This document shows positions 52,961-64,000 of a DNA stretch of 64,000 nucleotides, piece by piece (position 1 is the first letter of the stretch; each line of letters opens with the position of its first letter). A program made the position numbers and the translations under genes. The DNA is taken from contig NC_087263.1 in the NCBI RefSeq assembly GCF_037042905.1, positions 8,680,001 through 8,744,000 of the forward strand. Direction: 5' to 3'. Source of the stretch: Lytechinus pictus (taxonomy: Eukaryota). The notes below the pieces were generated by a model. It was given only the letters and a program-made list of their open reading frames with translations, was not told where the DNA came from and searched no databases.

Positions 52961-53762
52961 GATGAAATCACACATTGATATCCTATAAACATACATAGCA
53001 AAGGGTGCTATTCACCCCCCCCCCCTTCAATATTTTTCACGATAAATCTGTAATGCAAAAAATAGGTGCAGTGGCATTTCGTTATTTTTTTCTTTCAAGA
53101 CAAAATTGCTCATAAATGTGAGTTTATGAATTTATAAATTAAATCTGTATATGTAGCAAAAATTCATGAATTTATGGATCATTATTTTTGCTATTAGTGA
53201 TTAAAAACAATTGATTGGTGTTAATTATTTAACAAGTGATACAAAAGAATTAAAATAAGATTAAAAATAAGAGATAAAAGTTCAGATTATTTTTTTAACT
53301 TTACATGTAATTCCAATATATTTGATACATAGAATCTTAATAAGAATCCTAAAAAAAAAAGCAAAATGTAGTAATCTTGGATCCTTATTTTCAGATAAAT
53401 AGCCAAATTCTGATCTAACAAATTAATAGCATGATTAAGATAGATTTGAAAAGTTATAATACATTTAAGAATCAAATCTAGAAGGTTACATGATATGCAT
53501 CATGAACGTTTTTTTTATTGTTGCAACAGCATGGTCAGTGGTTGAGATCTGAGGGGGTTGGGTTACATCTATATGTAGGTTTAAGTGATGGTTTTGATTG
53601 ATCCTGTACCAGCTCATTGAGTGCAACTTTTTCTTATCTAAGAATGATTCTATTCATTTGAGTTCAAAATATTTGTTTTCCTTAGCCCAGTTCTATCCTT
53701 TCATAGTTGCTTAAATAAATTGAAGCATAATCAAATAAAGGGAAAATAGTTATAATACATAC

Positions 53763-54279
53763 CTCCACTGTCATCTTCTTCAAGTATGAGTAGCTCACAC
53801 AAAAATTTCCATGCTTCAATATCTTCTGGTTCCAGATAGGGTTGTAGTTTGACAGAGAGATGGCTGATATAGATCTACAAATGATTTCTCAACAAGTATG
53901 GGTTGCGCATCTGGATGCAATTTCAGGATGTGAGGACTGCCAGTGGTTTCTCTCAAGTATGGGTTGGTTGACCAGTCTTTGGTTTGCAGGGTGGCCTTAT
54001 CTTCTTTGTCCATTGTAAATGTAAAAATGTTCGGTTTACTGTGATACTGGCATACTGCATGGTATGTTGATACTGAAGAAGCCATTGACGTACATCGAAG
54101 ATATGACTGATGTGCTCTGATGTTGTGATGCAGTCTGCTCGTTGGAAAGAAGCTGGGATGGATTGGAAAAGTTTGGGGAGAGTAGTGATGTTCTTTTTCT
54201 TTAGATGACTTGATATGCGTGAGAAAAGTTGATCAATATCCTCGTGAGTGTGACCAACCATAAGGAATCCAACCTTGAT
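53763..54279 (-). pseudogene. Transposase-like catalytic-region exon (FLMVGHTHEDIDQLFSRIS; Sola1/DUF7869-like), two frameshifts
   Basis: tttatag|ATC AAG GTT ... GGA G|gtatgt. GHTxxxxD motif typical of this DDD/E-type family. Frame changes near 54050 and ~53870. Confidence 0.75.
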
Positions 54280-55641
54280 CTATAAACAGAAAGACATGAA
54301 TGACAAATATTATCTAAATAACCAAAGTAAATAGACCACAAGAAACCAGCAAAAATATCATCAGGATAAAATCAAACTTACATCCACAATCCAAATGCAC
54401 ACTTTGTCAAACTGGTCTCCTAGCAAATGGGCTCATTCTCAGATTGCTATACTCCACTATGGCCAAAGCCATTTGATACACTATCATTTTTGTGTAATCA
54501 CTGTTTGTTTAGTCCAACCATAGCTAGTCATTTAGTCTGATGCCCATATGTTCAATTTTCTTTGTCTACTCATCACTTTGCACTTTTTCAAATGATACTT
54601 TGGTTCATAAGTTCATAGACTGTTCATCTAATAAAGTCTTAGTTGTGATATCAGTTGCAGAAAGCCTTGCTGAAAATCACAAAAAATGGTAGATTGAATA
54701 GATGAAAATTTGACCAAATTGTTAGTAGCTAACTTCCTACAGATAAATAAGGATTAGACCATGCAGGAAGAGAGTGAGACCAAATGGGAAGCAAAGTATA
54801 CTCCAAACTTCAATATTAATGTCAATTCATTCTACACTAAAAGGGCAATTTCAGAGTAGGCCTACTTGACAATTCTACAGTTACAGTTAATAAATGTCCA
54901 TTAACATCACAGTGGCATTTCTTCAACCCTAAATAGACTAGGCTATTCCAACTTTTAGGAGGACTAGGTGGTTCAGCCCCCCCACCTCCCCTATGATCTC
55001 TGCCGTCAATTACATAATCGCGCACGTATTATAAAATAAGGATTATGATATCATATTTATGTTGATTTAAAGAATAAAGCTAAGAAGTGACTTATATGAC
55101 TACCCCCTTCAAAGAAACAAACACAAAATCATCTTCGAGTGGTCGGTCGGGGAAAAATATTCCCCCCCCAAAAAAATTCTGAGGTTGGTATACTAATACT
55201 AACTTCGCAATACGTGTGAGTGAGCTACAGTACGCATGCGTAGCCTTGGCTTCAGTTAGGCCCCCACCCTCATACCAGGAAAGGTTGTGCGATGTCTGTT
55301 GACATCTCAACTCATCAGTCCTTGGCTTAACCCAGGGAGCTCCCTGGGTTACTCCTTGGCTATACTATAGCCTAGTCTAGGCTAAGACTTCTAATGTTAA
55401 GTTAGATCTAGATCTAGTCGTGACTAGACTCTCTCTAGAATAGATCTAAAAGTTATACCTGTCCTGTACTAACTACAGTATACCCAGTAATTGTGTGTCC
55501 GGACGATCACTTTTAGAAAGACATTTGGAAAAATTTACAAGCGAAGTTTCATCAATTTATAAGTACAAAATGTTAGGAAATATTATAGAGAACAAAATAG
55601 GAGATGATTACTACTAGTATTGAATTCACATTTTTAGTGTA

Positions 55642-56515
55642 GGGGAAGGTGGGGTAAGTTGAGCCACCACCACCAGGCTAATAATGAATCAGTCAGACAT
55701 TATGGTGGTGTCATGTATTGATGACCCAAGGCATTACATTACCCTTAACCCCACCACATTGTTTTGAAACATTTGAAACAAAAAGTCCTTTTAGAGGAAA
55801 AAATGCAAATTTCAGCCAAAAAAGTAAAAAAGGATTTGAAATAGATCATTGCTTTTTACACACACAAGTCTTCAAATATAATAAAGAAATAAGAATAATA
55901 CCGTTAGTCAAGGTATAGATTCTCATTCTTGTCATGATCATTACAAGATGGATGCATAAAAAATGTGTGAATGTGAAAATATTGCATGAAGTTCGGAATG
56001 GGGTAAGTTGAACCAACCAACATTGGGCCACAAAATGAGCCATGGTAATTCTTATGCTATTTGTGTATGAGAAAAACAACAAACCTTAAAAAGCCATTGA
56101 TATGCAGGCAGAAAGGAGCAAATTCACATGACAGTTCTTTTACTTATAGAGGATGTTAGTATTTACAGCGAATTAACAAGTGTAAAGACTTTGAATGAAA
56201 AAAAATGACATGCTGGTTCTTCTCGCATTGAGTTTGTATAGCCTATAGTTTTCGTGGCTCAACTAACCCCAGAAGGGGGCACAACTTACCCCACATATGG
56301 GGCAAGTTGAGCCATTTGACATCATATTTTTTCAAAGGTTACATTGACTTTAAGTGTTGGGGGTAAAAAGTTACATATACTATAGCCTCATAGGCAAAAA
56401 ATATTTCCCAAGAATCAAATTTAAAGGCAAGGTACTTATTTCTACAATACTATTGGTCGTTTCATTTAGTAACATGCAAAATGTAAAAATTGTCACAACT
56501 TACCCCGCCTTCCCC
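55642..56515. mobile_element. MITE, Tc1/mariner-pogo-like (TA TSD)
   Basis: TA|ggggaaggtggggtaagttg ... caacttaccccgccttcccc|TA; internal reiterated ggggtaagttga motifs. Confidence 0.85.
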
Positions 56516-56520
56516 TACAC

Positions 56521-56764
56521 CGGGGCTCGACATTAGCAGTGGCCCGGTGGCCCAGGGCAACCAAAAATGAGAGTCGGGCCACCAAAATTCTGTAAAAGCC
56601 AACACTTGGTGGCCCGGTTTGGCTACCAGAATTTGGATGATTTGTAATGTTTTCTATTACTTTTAGGGCCACTAAATTTGCTTTGCGGGCCATCAAAAAT
56701 ATGAAATTAATGATTTTGGTGTACCGATCGGGCCACCAAGAAAAAAAGTTGGTGTGGAGCCTTG
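56521..56764. mobile_element. MITE, hAT-like
   Basis: cggggctcgaca ... tgtggagccttg, reiterated gggccacc motifs, near-TSD cctacac / cctacaa. Confidence 0.65.
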
Positions 56765-57588
56765 CCTACAAGTATTCCAAAGATAAAAAAGAATGCTTAG
56801 AATATAAAGACTTTAAAGTGTCTGGACACCCGACCACCCCCCCCCCCCCATCCTACCAACGTTAGTGTAGACTGTCTGTTGAACTCCGTTGGCTCCACTC
56901 CCCGAATACAGTCAGATTAAACGATGAGAAATAAAATTTAAAAAAAAATAAAATGTTAACATTTTAACAAACTTCTCGAAACAGACGGCTGCCACTTTGT
57001 GCCAGCTGTCCAGCTAAGGGCAGCTAAGTTAGACCAGAGGTTACTGCGGCAGCCCGAACACGTACTGACTGTCTTAAGAATAAGAGTTAAGACGTGTCGA
57101 GGTCCCCGGGGCAAGACCAGAGGCAGAGCTTCGGTCTCTGGTCATTTCACTAACTATGTTTGCTCCACTCACCATGCTCACCACACCAGAAATAAAAAAA
57201 ATATAGGCCTATTTAAAAAAAAAACTCGAAACAGACGGCTGCCAAAGTTTCTGTCTAAAGAGTACTAAGATTAAGCCAGGCTAGGCATGCACCGCCACCG
57301 GGGACACGCAGGCACGGCAAAAGGCCAAAGGCAAAGGCAAAGGCGAGCCGAGCCCCGAGAGCCTGTAATACTAATACAGTATGTGCTCGTCTGACTCTGA
57401 CTGAGCTGACGCGTTCATCACTTCAGTACTCTTATTTTGATCAGATAGCGTAACTCAAAAGAGTTAAAGTTGTGACAAAGAACGACCATATATATAGGCT
57501 TATCGTATACATTGGGAAATTATGTAATTCTAGATCTAGGCCTAATCATGATTGATATTGACAAACAAAACAATAATCGATAACTTAC

Positions 57589-57665
57589 CATGTATATCCC
57601 TCAGTTTCAGAATTGTGCGTGTATGTGCGATCCAGCTGATTTTCAAAATACCCGCCGGCGCGGCT
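57589..57665 (-). other. Candidate first exon (ends ATG|gtaagt) of the transposase-like gene; 5' boundary approximate
   Basis: Minus strand gggatatacATG|GTAAGT is a perfect donor, phase 0, compatible with the 54279 acceptor; CpG-rich surroundings. Confidence 0.4.
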
Positions 57666-57940
57666 CTAGTCTGTAAACACAGACCCAAGTAGTCTTTTTA
57701 CACCTTATTTTCATAAAGAAATTACTCCAAAGTTCCGAACTTGTTTCAAACTATTTTTATTGTCAAAAATTTTAAAAGAGGTAGTGACAACATATGAATA
57801 AATCGATTTTAATTACTTTAGAGTCCTACATCTGTATTAAAATGCGTTAAAAGGTTTATGATTGTAGACTAACAAATCTTGCAATCGATACCGGTATTAT
57901 AATCCGGCCGAAACAAAGGATCTATTGACCTATAGTATCA

Positions 57941-58101
57941 CTGGGCTCCGTAACACACAGATTTGCGATGGATTGCAAATATGAAAGAACCGCACTGATT
58001 AGTCCCTGGTCAGTATTTTAAACCTAATGCGCGCGTAACATTGATATTGATTGGTCAGTTCATTTAGTGATTGATCTAATCTTCGTGTTACGGAGCCCCG
58101 G
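57941..58101. mobile_element. Short MITE, PIF/Harbinger-like
   Basis: ctgggctccgtaacac ... gtgttacggagccccgg. Confidence 0.75.
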
Positions 58102-58618
58102 TCTATTTTACGTTGTCCTTGGCCTTGTTTGTTGTGTGTGTATTTGATTCAGAAGTGTATCACAGATGTTGTTGTTGTTGTTGTTTAGCTTAAATATCAT
58201 TCAGCAGCGAATGTAGGCCTTCTTCTAGAAATTAATGCTGATTCCATATAAGCATATATCATTGCATTCCTTGTTCTTTACCATTTGGCAATTATAATTA
58301 AATTATGAGTGTCTCTTTTTGCCACACACTCTACATAAGATTTAAAAAATCTTCTTTTTATTTTTTAAATTCATTTTTTTATGACGAAATACTATTCTAA
58401 TCATGTTAGACCCCACCACCCCCCCCCCTTAAAAAAAAAAAAATCAACACCAGCACCAATAACAAGCTTACATCATTAGAGGTGGATAACATGCGAAACA
58501 AACACACTGAAAAATATCAGCAAACTATATTCAGGAGCGCTGTAACCCTCATCAGTCTAGATATATCATTATTTTTCCGGGCCTGTAGCCAGCAGGAGGC
58601 TTTTATGTATAAGGGGTG

Positions 58619-59667
58619 CAGGGGCGGCGATCGGCTACGCGGGGGCTGGGGGCACAGTGTCCCCTCCACTTTTGAAGTACTGGTCGAAAAGTGCCCTTTT
58701 TATACACAAGAGAAATGCCCCCTCAGACTTTGAAATGTCCCCCTGTTCCTGAGAAGGCCCCGCTTTACGCCGTTAGCAAGTGCCCTATTTGGCTTCTAAC
58801 AGGCGCCTTTCATGCCCCTGCTTATGCCCCTCACGAAGTGTTCTGTACCCCTTTTACCTCAGAAGGGCCTGTCTTATGTGTTACAAACGTGTTCCCCTTT
58901 ATAACAAAAAAAAAAAATGAAGGAAAAAATTGTAATAATTCTATGTGCGTAAAGTTTAATTAGTCATGTATCTGTTTCTGTATCTGTTTGTGGTAACTCC
59001 CGTAGGAACTCGGCATGACAGCACTTTGCTGGTAAACGCCAAGCTGGTATATATACCAATTACCTATATGAAACTTTTTTTCGTCTAGGTTAATCAGTCA
59101 TAGTGGCTGACGTTATAGACGATATATCACTCTCGGGCCTTTTTATCAAAGTGGAGACAATGGCAGAGTCGGGATTCGAACTCACAACCTTGCGATTATG
59201 AGTCCAATGCTCTAACCACTGGACCACACGACCCGTCATGTGATTGGGGTAGATAAACAGTAGCGTACACATGAGGGGGCTTGGGGGCTCTTCTCCTTCC
59301 CCCCCCAAAAAAAAAAAAAAAAAAAAAATAAAATAAAAAATAAAAATCATGATCGATAAAAAAAATATATAGGAAATGAAAAGAAAGAGGGATGGGTGAA
59401 ATGTATATTTTTTCTGAATATTATGTCAAAATCTATCAGAAAAATTGGATTTCCTTTATAAAATTGTCAAAAATGTTGCTCGCTCACTCCCTTCACAACT
59501 TCTTGTGACGTGATAAGGCATGTCTATCCGCCTCAAATTTTAGCTCATTACATGCACTGTAAATAAATCAATTGCTTTCTTTGTTTTAAGATAGTGCCCT
59601 TTCGAAAAAAATGTGCCCTTGCAGTTCCTGTGCCTCCCCCACTTTTAAGTTCGCTCCGCCGCCCCCG
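58619..59667. mobile_element. hAT-like non-autonomous element with nested inserts
   Basis: caggggcggcg ... cgccgcccccg; 8-bp near-TSD aaggggtg / aagggggc; reiterated tgccc motifs. Confidence 0.55.
59162..59234 (-). mobile_element. tRNA-derived SINE head (3'-truncated)
   Basis: GGGTCGTGTGGTCCAGTGG...GAGTTCGAATCC; acceptor and anticodon stems are poorly paired. Confidence 0.7.
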
Positions 59668-60063
59668 AAGGGGGCGGGGGTTCTGTGGGGTGCTGTGTGT
59701 ATTAAAATGCAGCACTCCCTGATCAGAAATTTTGGCCGGTACTGGGACAAAATGGAGAAAAAATGTTCTACACTCGGTATAAAATCCCTTTTTGTGTGCT
59801 TGTCAAATTTCTCGGGACCAAAATGATCTTAATTTTTTTGGGTAGTGATAGGCCCTGGCGGACCCGAGGGGGGTGGGGGGTTCAAATCCTGTCCGCACCC
59901 ACCCTTGCATATTATTTGACAATTAAAATTTGTAATGTAAAAATGTCGTTATACAGAAGTATGCCCCCCCCCCTTTGAAAGTGAAGACTTTTTTTTCTTG
60001 TCAAACTTTTCATCGGAAAAATGTGCCCCCTTTTTTGGAAAATCCTGGATCTGCCCCTGGTGA

Positions 60064-60460
60064 TAGGGGACTGGAGCGGGGCGAGTCCGCCCCATTTTTC
60101 ACGCTCTTGAATCGTCATTTCTTTGAAGGCAGGAAGGTCGTGCTTTATGATGTACTCTAGGTAATATTTACCTAATATCTTAATTTTCAATTTTCTGCGA
60201 GGACATGTGCATGCGGTTTTGACAAAAAGTGGGCGTTAAGAAAAAATTTCGCTGCAGGGCGAACCTGATTTTTTTTTTCCAAAATGGCCTCGAAATAGAC
60301 AATTGTCGTAGATTTCTGGAATTCCGAGCACATGAACTTGCTACCTTTGGGTAGGTTGACATTACATCATCAACAAAACACCAATCACAGCAAACTTGGG
60401 GGAAAATCATGTGCCGGGGTGGACTTGCCCCTGGGGTGCGGATTGACCCCGCTCTCCCTA
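60064..60460. mobile_element. MITE, TA-flanked
   Basis: tagggga(ctg)gagcgggg ... ccccgctctcccta. Confidence 0.55.
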
Positions 60461-61613
60461 CCTTTTTTGCTAATAAAATTTCTCGGAATCAAATGACCTT
60501 CATTTTTTTAGTTAATCTTTTTTTTTTGCATTTTCTTATGTTTGTCAAATTTCGAGGGAACAAAATAATCTTCTTTTTTTTGTCGTGAAACTGTTTTTTG
60601 TGCTTTTCGAATTTATTTTCCCTCCGTTCAGTTGATTTATCTTCAATTATGAATTGTCAGTGAACTTTTTGTATTATTTTGTACCGTTACTTCGATTATA
60701 TATCATTTTTGAACGAAAATAAATTTAAATCTAAATCTATACATCAGCACCCCCAGTTAAATATATAAAATCATTCCAGTGGCCCCGCGCATCGATTTGT
60801 TGAGATTGACAGCTCGGGCCCATGTTTAAAAATAATTTAAGCCTACATTTTTCAGATTGGAATATCAAATATTTGCAGCTCCATGCACGCCTCTCTTAGT
60901 AATTTCAATTTTCGGCTTTTTAAAATTTTCTTGCATGCTGGTCGGGTCAGTCAAACCTTTGAACCCATACTTGACACTAACAGTGTTCTTTTAATTCTAG
61001 GCCCATTCGTGTTTTTTTTCCAGATCGTATCAAAAATTATATCTCCGCGCTCGCATTTATTCAGATACCCACCCTAAACTACTGAGAATCAGAATGTCCT
61101 GTTTTCAGTCAAAATCGCAAAAAAGGCTGCTCGCACTTCGCGTTGCATAGGTCTTTACTTTGTTCGATATTCAAATTAAACTATCTAGTTTTAGGTGGGA
61201 ATTTGAAATCTTTTCAGGTCAGTATAGGGCCTATAAAAAAAGCGAATTGTTAAATCATGCCAATTGTATTTATAGGCATACTTTTAACCGATCGGGCCGG
61301 GGAAATATGGATTGAAATATAGGGGGGCTACCCCCTCCTTATTGACGAGAGCAGGATCCGACACTGGAAGTATAAAGGAACCGAAAAAGGCTCTGATCAT
61401 AAACTAGATTTTGTCAAATTTTTGTTATTAATTCAGAGCCCCCAACCGAAAAAATAATGGCTACTTGCAAGCCTGTGAATGTAGTCAAAATAGCGCAAGG
61501 TAACATCAGCTTTGGATATATAGACTTTTAATTAAAAAAGGGACGTTTAAGTGTGCGAACGCGAAGACTTGTGCGAGCTGAAAAAAATCTTATCCAATCT
61601 GAAAATAGGTGAC

Positions 61614-61746
61614 CAGAGCCCCGTTACAAAAAACTTAGCAATGATCGTAGAACATTTTTCTACGACTGATTCCATAGACTACAATGTACAATCAATCGTA
61701 TCAGCATATACGATCAATTGCTAACCTTTGTGTTACGGGACCCATG
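61614..61746. mobile_element. Short MITE of the 57941 family
   Basis: ccccgttacaaaaaacttagcaatgatcg ... cgatcaattgctaacctttgtgttacggga. Confidence 0.65.
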
Positions 61747-62024
61747 CAGGTTAATGCACTTTTCTCTTTTTTTTTATAGTTCATATCTTTTTGGAAGAGG
61801 GGTGGGGGAGCTACGAATAATTAGTATTAAATGTACTATGATGTACAATGATGAGTAAACTGCAGTCTTCTATGTTACACAGCGATCGTTTCGATGTATT
61901 AAGCGCTATATAAAAAGCGGATTATTATTATTATTGATATAGTCAGAGGAGTTTTTTTTTTCGATCAATATCTTCCTGATCATCAGGATCATGCATCTTT
62001 CAGCGTGAGAACATTTTTTGTCAA

Positions 62025-62787
62025 ATTTGCATATGAATTGCTCTCTGAGTTGAGCGCCAGTACATATAATTTGCATATGAATAAAAGGCAGTCCTAAGCC
62101 GCGTTTCGAAAATGTGTGTGCATGTGTGTGTTGGGGGGGGGGGGCTGTTCGGAGTCCCCTAGCCCACCCGCCCGCATTCCGCTGAACCGTGACTTGCATG
62201 ACCTGTTTCTGCTTTTTAGCATTAGTCTTATCAACATCAGTGAATGATTGTGAGATCATTAATTGCAACAAACTTTGCATGCATGATGACAGCAACCTGT
62301 TTAATTTAGCCTTGTTTATACCGCAGACATATTTATCAACACAGCTAGACTGAATACTAATTTTGAAGAATAATTTGGTTTATTGTGCTTTGGTTTGTGA
62401 TTTGCTCTGCTCATTTCGATTATCAACTTTACATTTGTTGTTTTCCTTTAGTTTTTAACGAATCTTCATTTTATTGTTTCCCTCTGTAATAAAAATTGTA
62501 ATATTAAGCTCCGAAAGCTGTTCCCCCCCCCCCCCCCCCAATCTCGGTCACACGGCCCTCTCGTTTAGATTTGAAGGAAAAAAAAACTGTTCACGCAGAG
62601 CAGGCGAGGCGCGCACAGTGTGTGATGAGTGAACTGTGAATGAAATTTGCATATAAATAGAAGCGATCAAGCTAATCTGGGCAGTGGATTAGAGGTGGAT
62701 AATTTGCATAAGAATAGTCTAGACCGAGACAGGCGCAGGCACGAGTTAAGTATAGTATAAATAAATTAGAAATGTTTTCGGTCATTC
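62025..62787 (+). promoter_or_regulatory. Pol II promoter/enhancer: four octamers, Otx-type site, TATA and Inr
   Basis: ATTTGCAT at 62025, 62069, 62645 and 62702; GGATTA at ~62686; TATAAATA at 62756; TCATTC at 62782, at TATA-Inr spacing. Confidence 0.6.
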
Positions 62788-63014
62788 GTTCTAATTCGTT
62801 TGCTTATACTACTACACTCGTGAAAATACATCGTTTGTTTGGTTTAGTTCACAGTTCCATTATTAAGTTTCAATATAATAGTGGAAATATCTACCTCATT
62901 AGTCTTATTTACTAGACTAAGCCAAATGTGTACGGCACGCGCTTTATCAGTCGATCTATCTTCAGTCAACATGCATGACGTATAGACGATCAGCTGTTTC
63001 TCGTTGTGAATGGG

Positions 63015-63149
63015 ATGGATGGGAGGAGGGTTTTCAGCCGCGCCGGAAACCGGAGCTTCGAATTCTCTACAGTCAAGGCACAAACGGTCCACGCCAGTGG
63101 TAGCAGCAGTGACTGGGCAGCAACCAGTCAGATGAAAAAGACAGTTTTG
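63015..63149 (+). CDS. Candidate first coding exon (MDGRRVFSRAGNRSFEFSTVKAQTVHASGSSSDWAATSQMKKTVL)
   Basis: GGGATGG start context, GC-rich, donor TTG|gtaact, downstream of the TATA/Inr. Product not recognised. Confidence 0.35.
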
Positions 63150-63659
63150 GTAACTATTGTTTTCGGTTTTCATTAAAATTTGTCTAGACTCTGGACCAAG
63201 TTGTACCTGGTTTCATACGGTATTAAGCCTAATTCTTGATGATGATTGTTATTGTTAATTGATTGATATCTTGGCGACCCTGCCCGTGCCATGGCCTTCC
63301 TAACAGTCCCAGGGAGCTCCGGCCCGCGAACTCCCTGGGTTATGGTCTTTCTTGCCTTGCCCTTTTGGCTGCACCATACTTCATACTATGCCTTGGCCTG
63401 GGCTTTACAGTTTCAGGTTATTATTTAGGCCACGGGGCTGCCTGATTGGCTGGCGGATTGGGGACAAGATCTAGGCCAACATGTAGATAGTTCTTGGTCA
63501 GTGTATTTAAAAAAACAAAACTAGAGCTCAATAATGTCTGGGGTGTTGCAAGAAACTTGTTGTGATAAATTACTAGTCAATTTTTTGTCCCTAAATTAAT
63601 CAGTCAATTAAACAATCAATCATGAATTAATTGATTGCTAATCTGATCCTAACTTCCTA

Positions 63660-64000
63660 AAGGTCAAGTACAGCTCTGAATGTTGATTTGAATCAATAGA
63701 GGAAAATCAAACAAGCATAATGCTGAAAATTTCATCAAAATCAGATGTGAATAAAAGTGTTAAGACATTTTAAAGTTTCGCTTTGATATTTTTTACAAAA
63801 CAGTTTAGAACTTGCAGAATTCTGTAATATGCAAATTAGAGGGTCGATGTCCCTCACTCACTATTTCTTATGTTGGTTATTGTTTGAATTATACAATATT
63901 TCAATTTTTACACATTTGACATTAAGGACCAAATTGACTGAAACAGTGTTTAAATGAAATGCTCAGGAAGGAAAAAAAACTTTGTTTCATAGCACGATGA
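63660..64000 (+). mobile_element. Second, decayed copy of the Kolobok-like element (runs off the window)
   Basis: aaggtcaagtac...gaaaatttcatcaaaatcagatg...ctcactcactat, collinear with ~8886-9230. Confidence 0.75.

Noticed and set aside
47750-57940. TIRs bounding the transposase-like gene
   Set aside because: I looked near 47.75 kb and 57.93 kb and found no convincing inverted pair or TSD.
59162-59234. Functional tRNA-Met (CAT loop)
   Set aside because: Acceptor and anticodon stems are mismatched and there is no terminator; it is a SINE head.
62600-63150. snRNA or telomerase RNA gene, suggested by the octamers
   Set aside because: No recognisable U1-U7 sequence or telomeric template; TATA plus Inr fits an mRNA promoter better.

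Overview
AT-rich, intron-rich animal DNA. The repeat families and promoter style suggest a marine invertebrate, most likely an echinoderm (inference). No intact long protein-coding gene is visible. Main contents: (1) the 5' end of an L1/Tx1-type LINE ORF1; (2) a (TA)n-rich zone at 5-11 kb holding fold-back insertions with Penelope-like (PLE) architecture. Two of these carry minimal hammerhead ribozyme cores. The third (5803-7645) is a multimer of a 408-bp unit that has no visible hammerhead and instead carries a fully paired tRNA gene with a UCA (UGA-reading) anticodon, in four identical copies; (3) many MITEs and tRNA-derived SINEs; (4) a ~5.1-kb 57-bp minisatellite interrupted by a piggyBac-type MITE; (5) a spliced but disrupted transposase-like gene on the minus strand (GHTHEDIDQ motif plus a Tudor/PWWP-like C-terminus, 49.5-57.6 kb); (6) a few orphan exons and an octamer/Otx/TATA promoter near 62-63 kb. 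The best candidate for an undescribed system is the PLE-style mobile multimer carrying the tRNA(UCA). All calls were made by eye, with no database search or computation.
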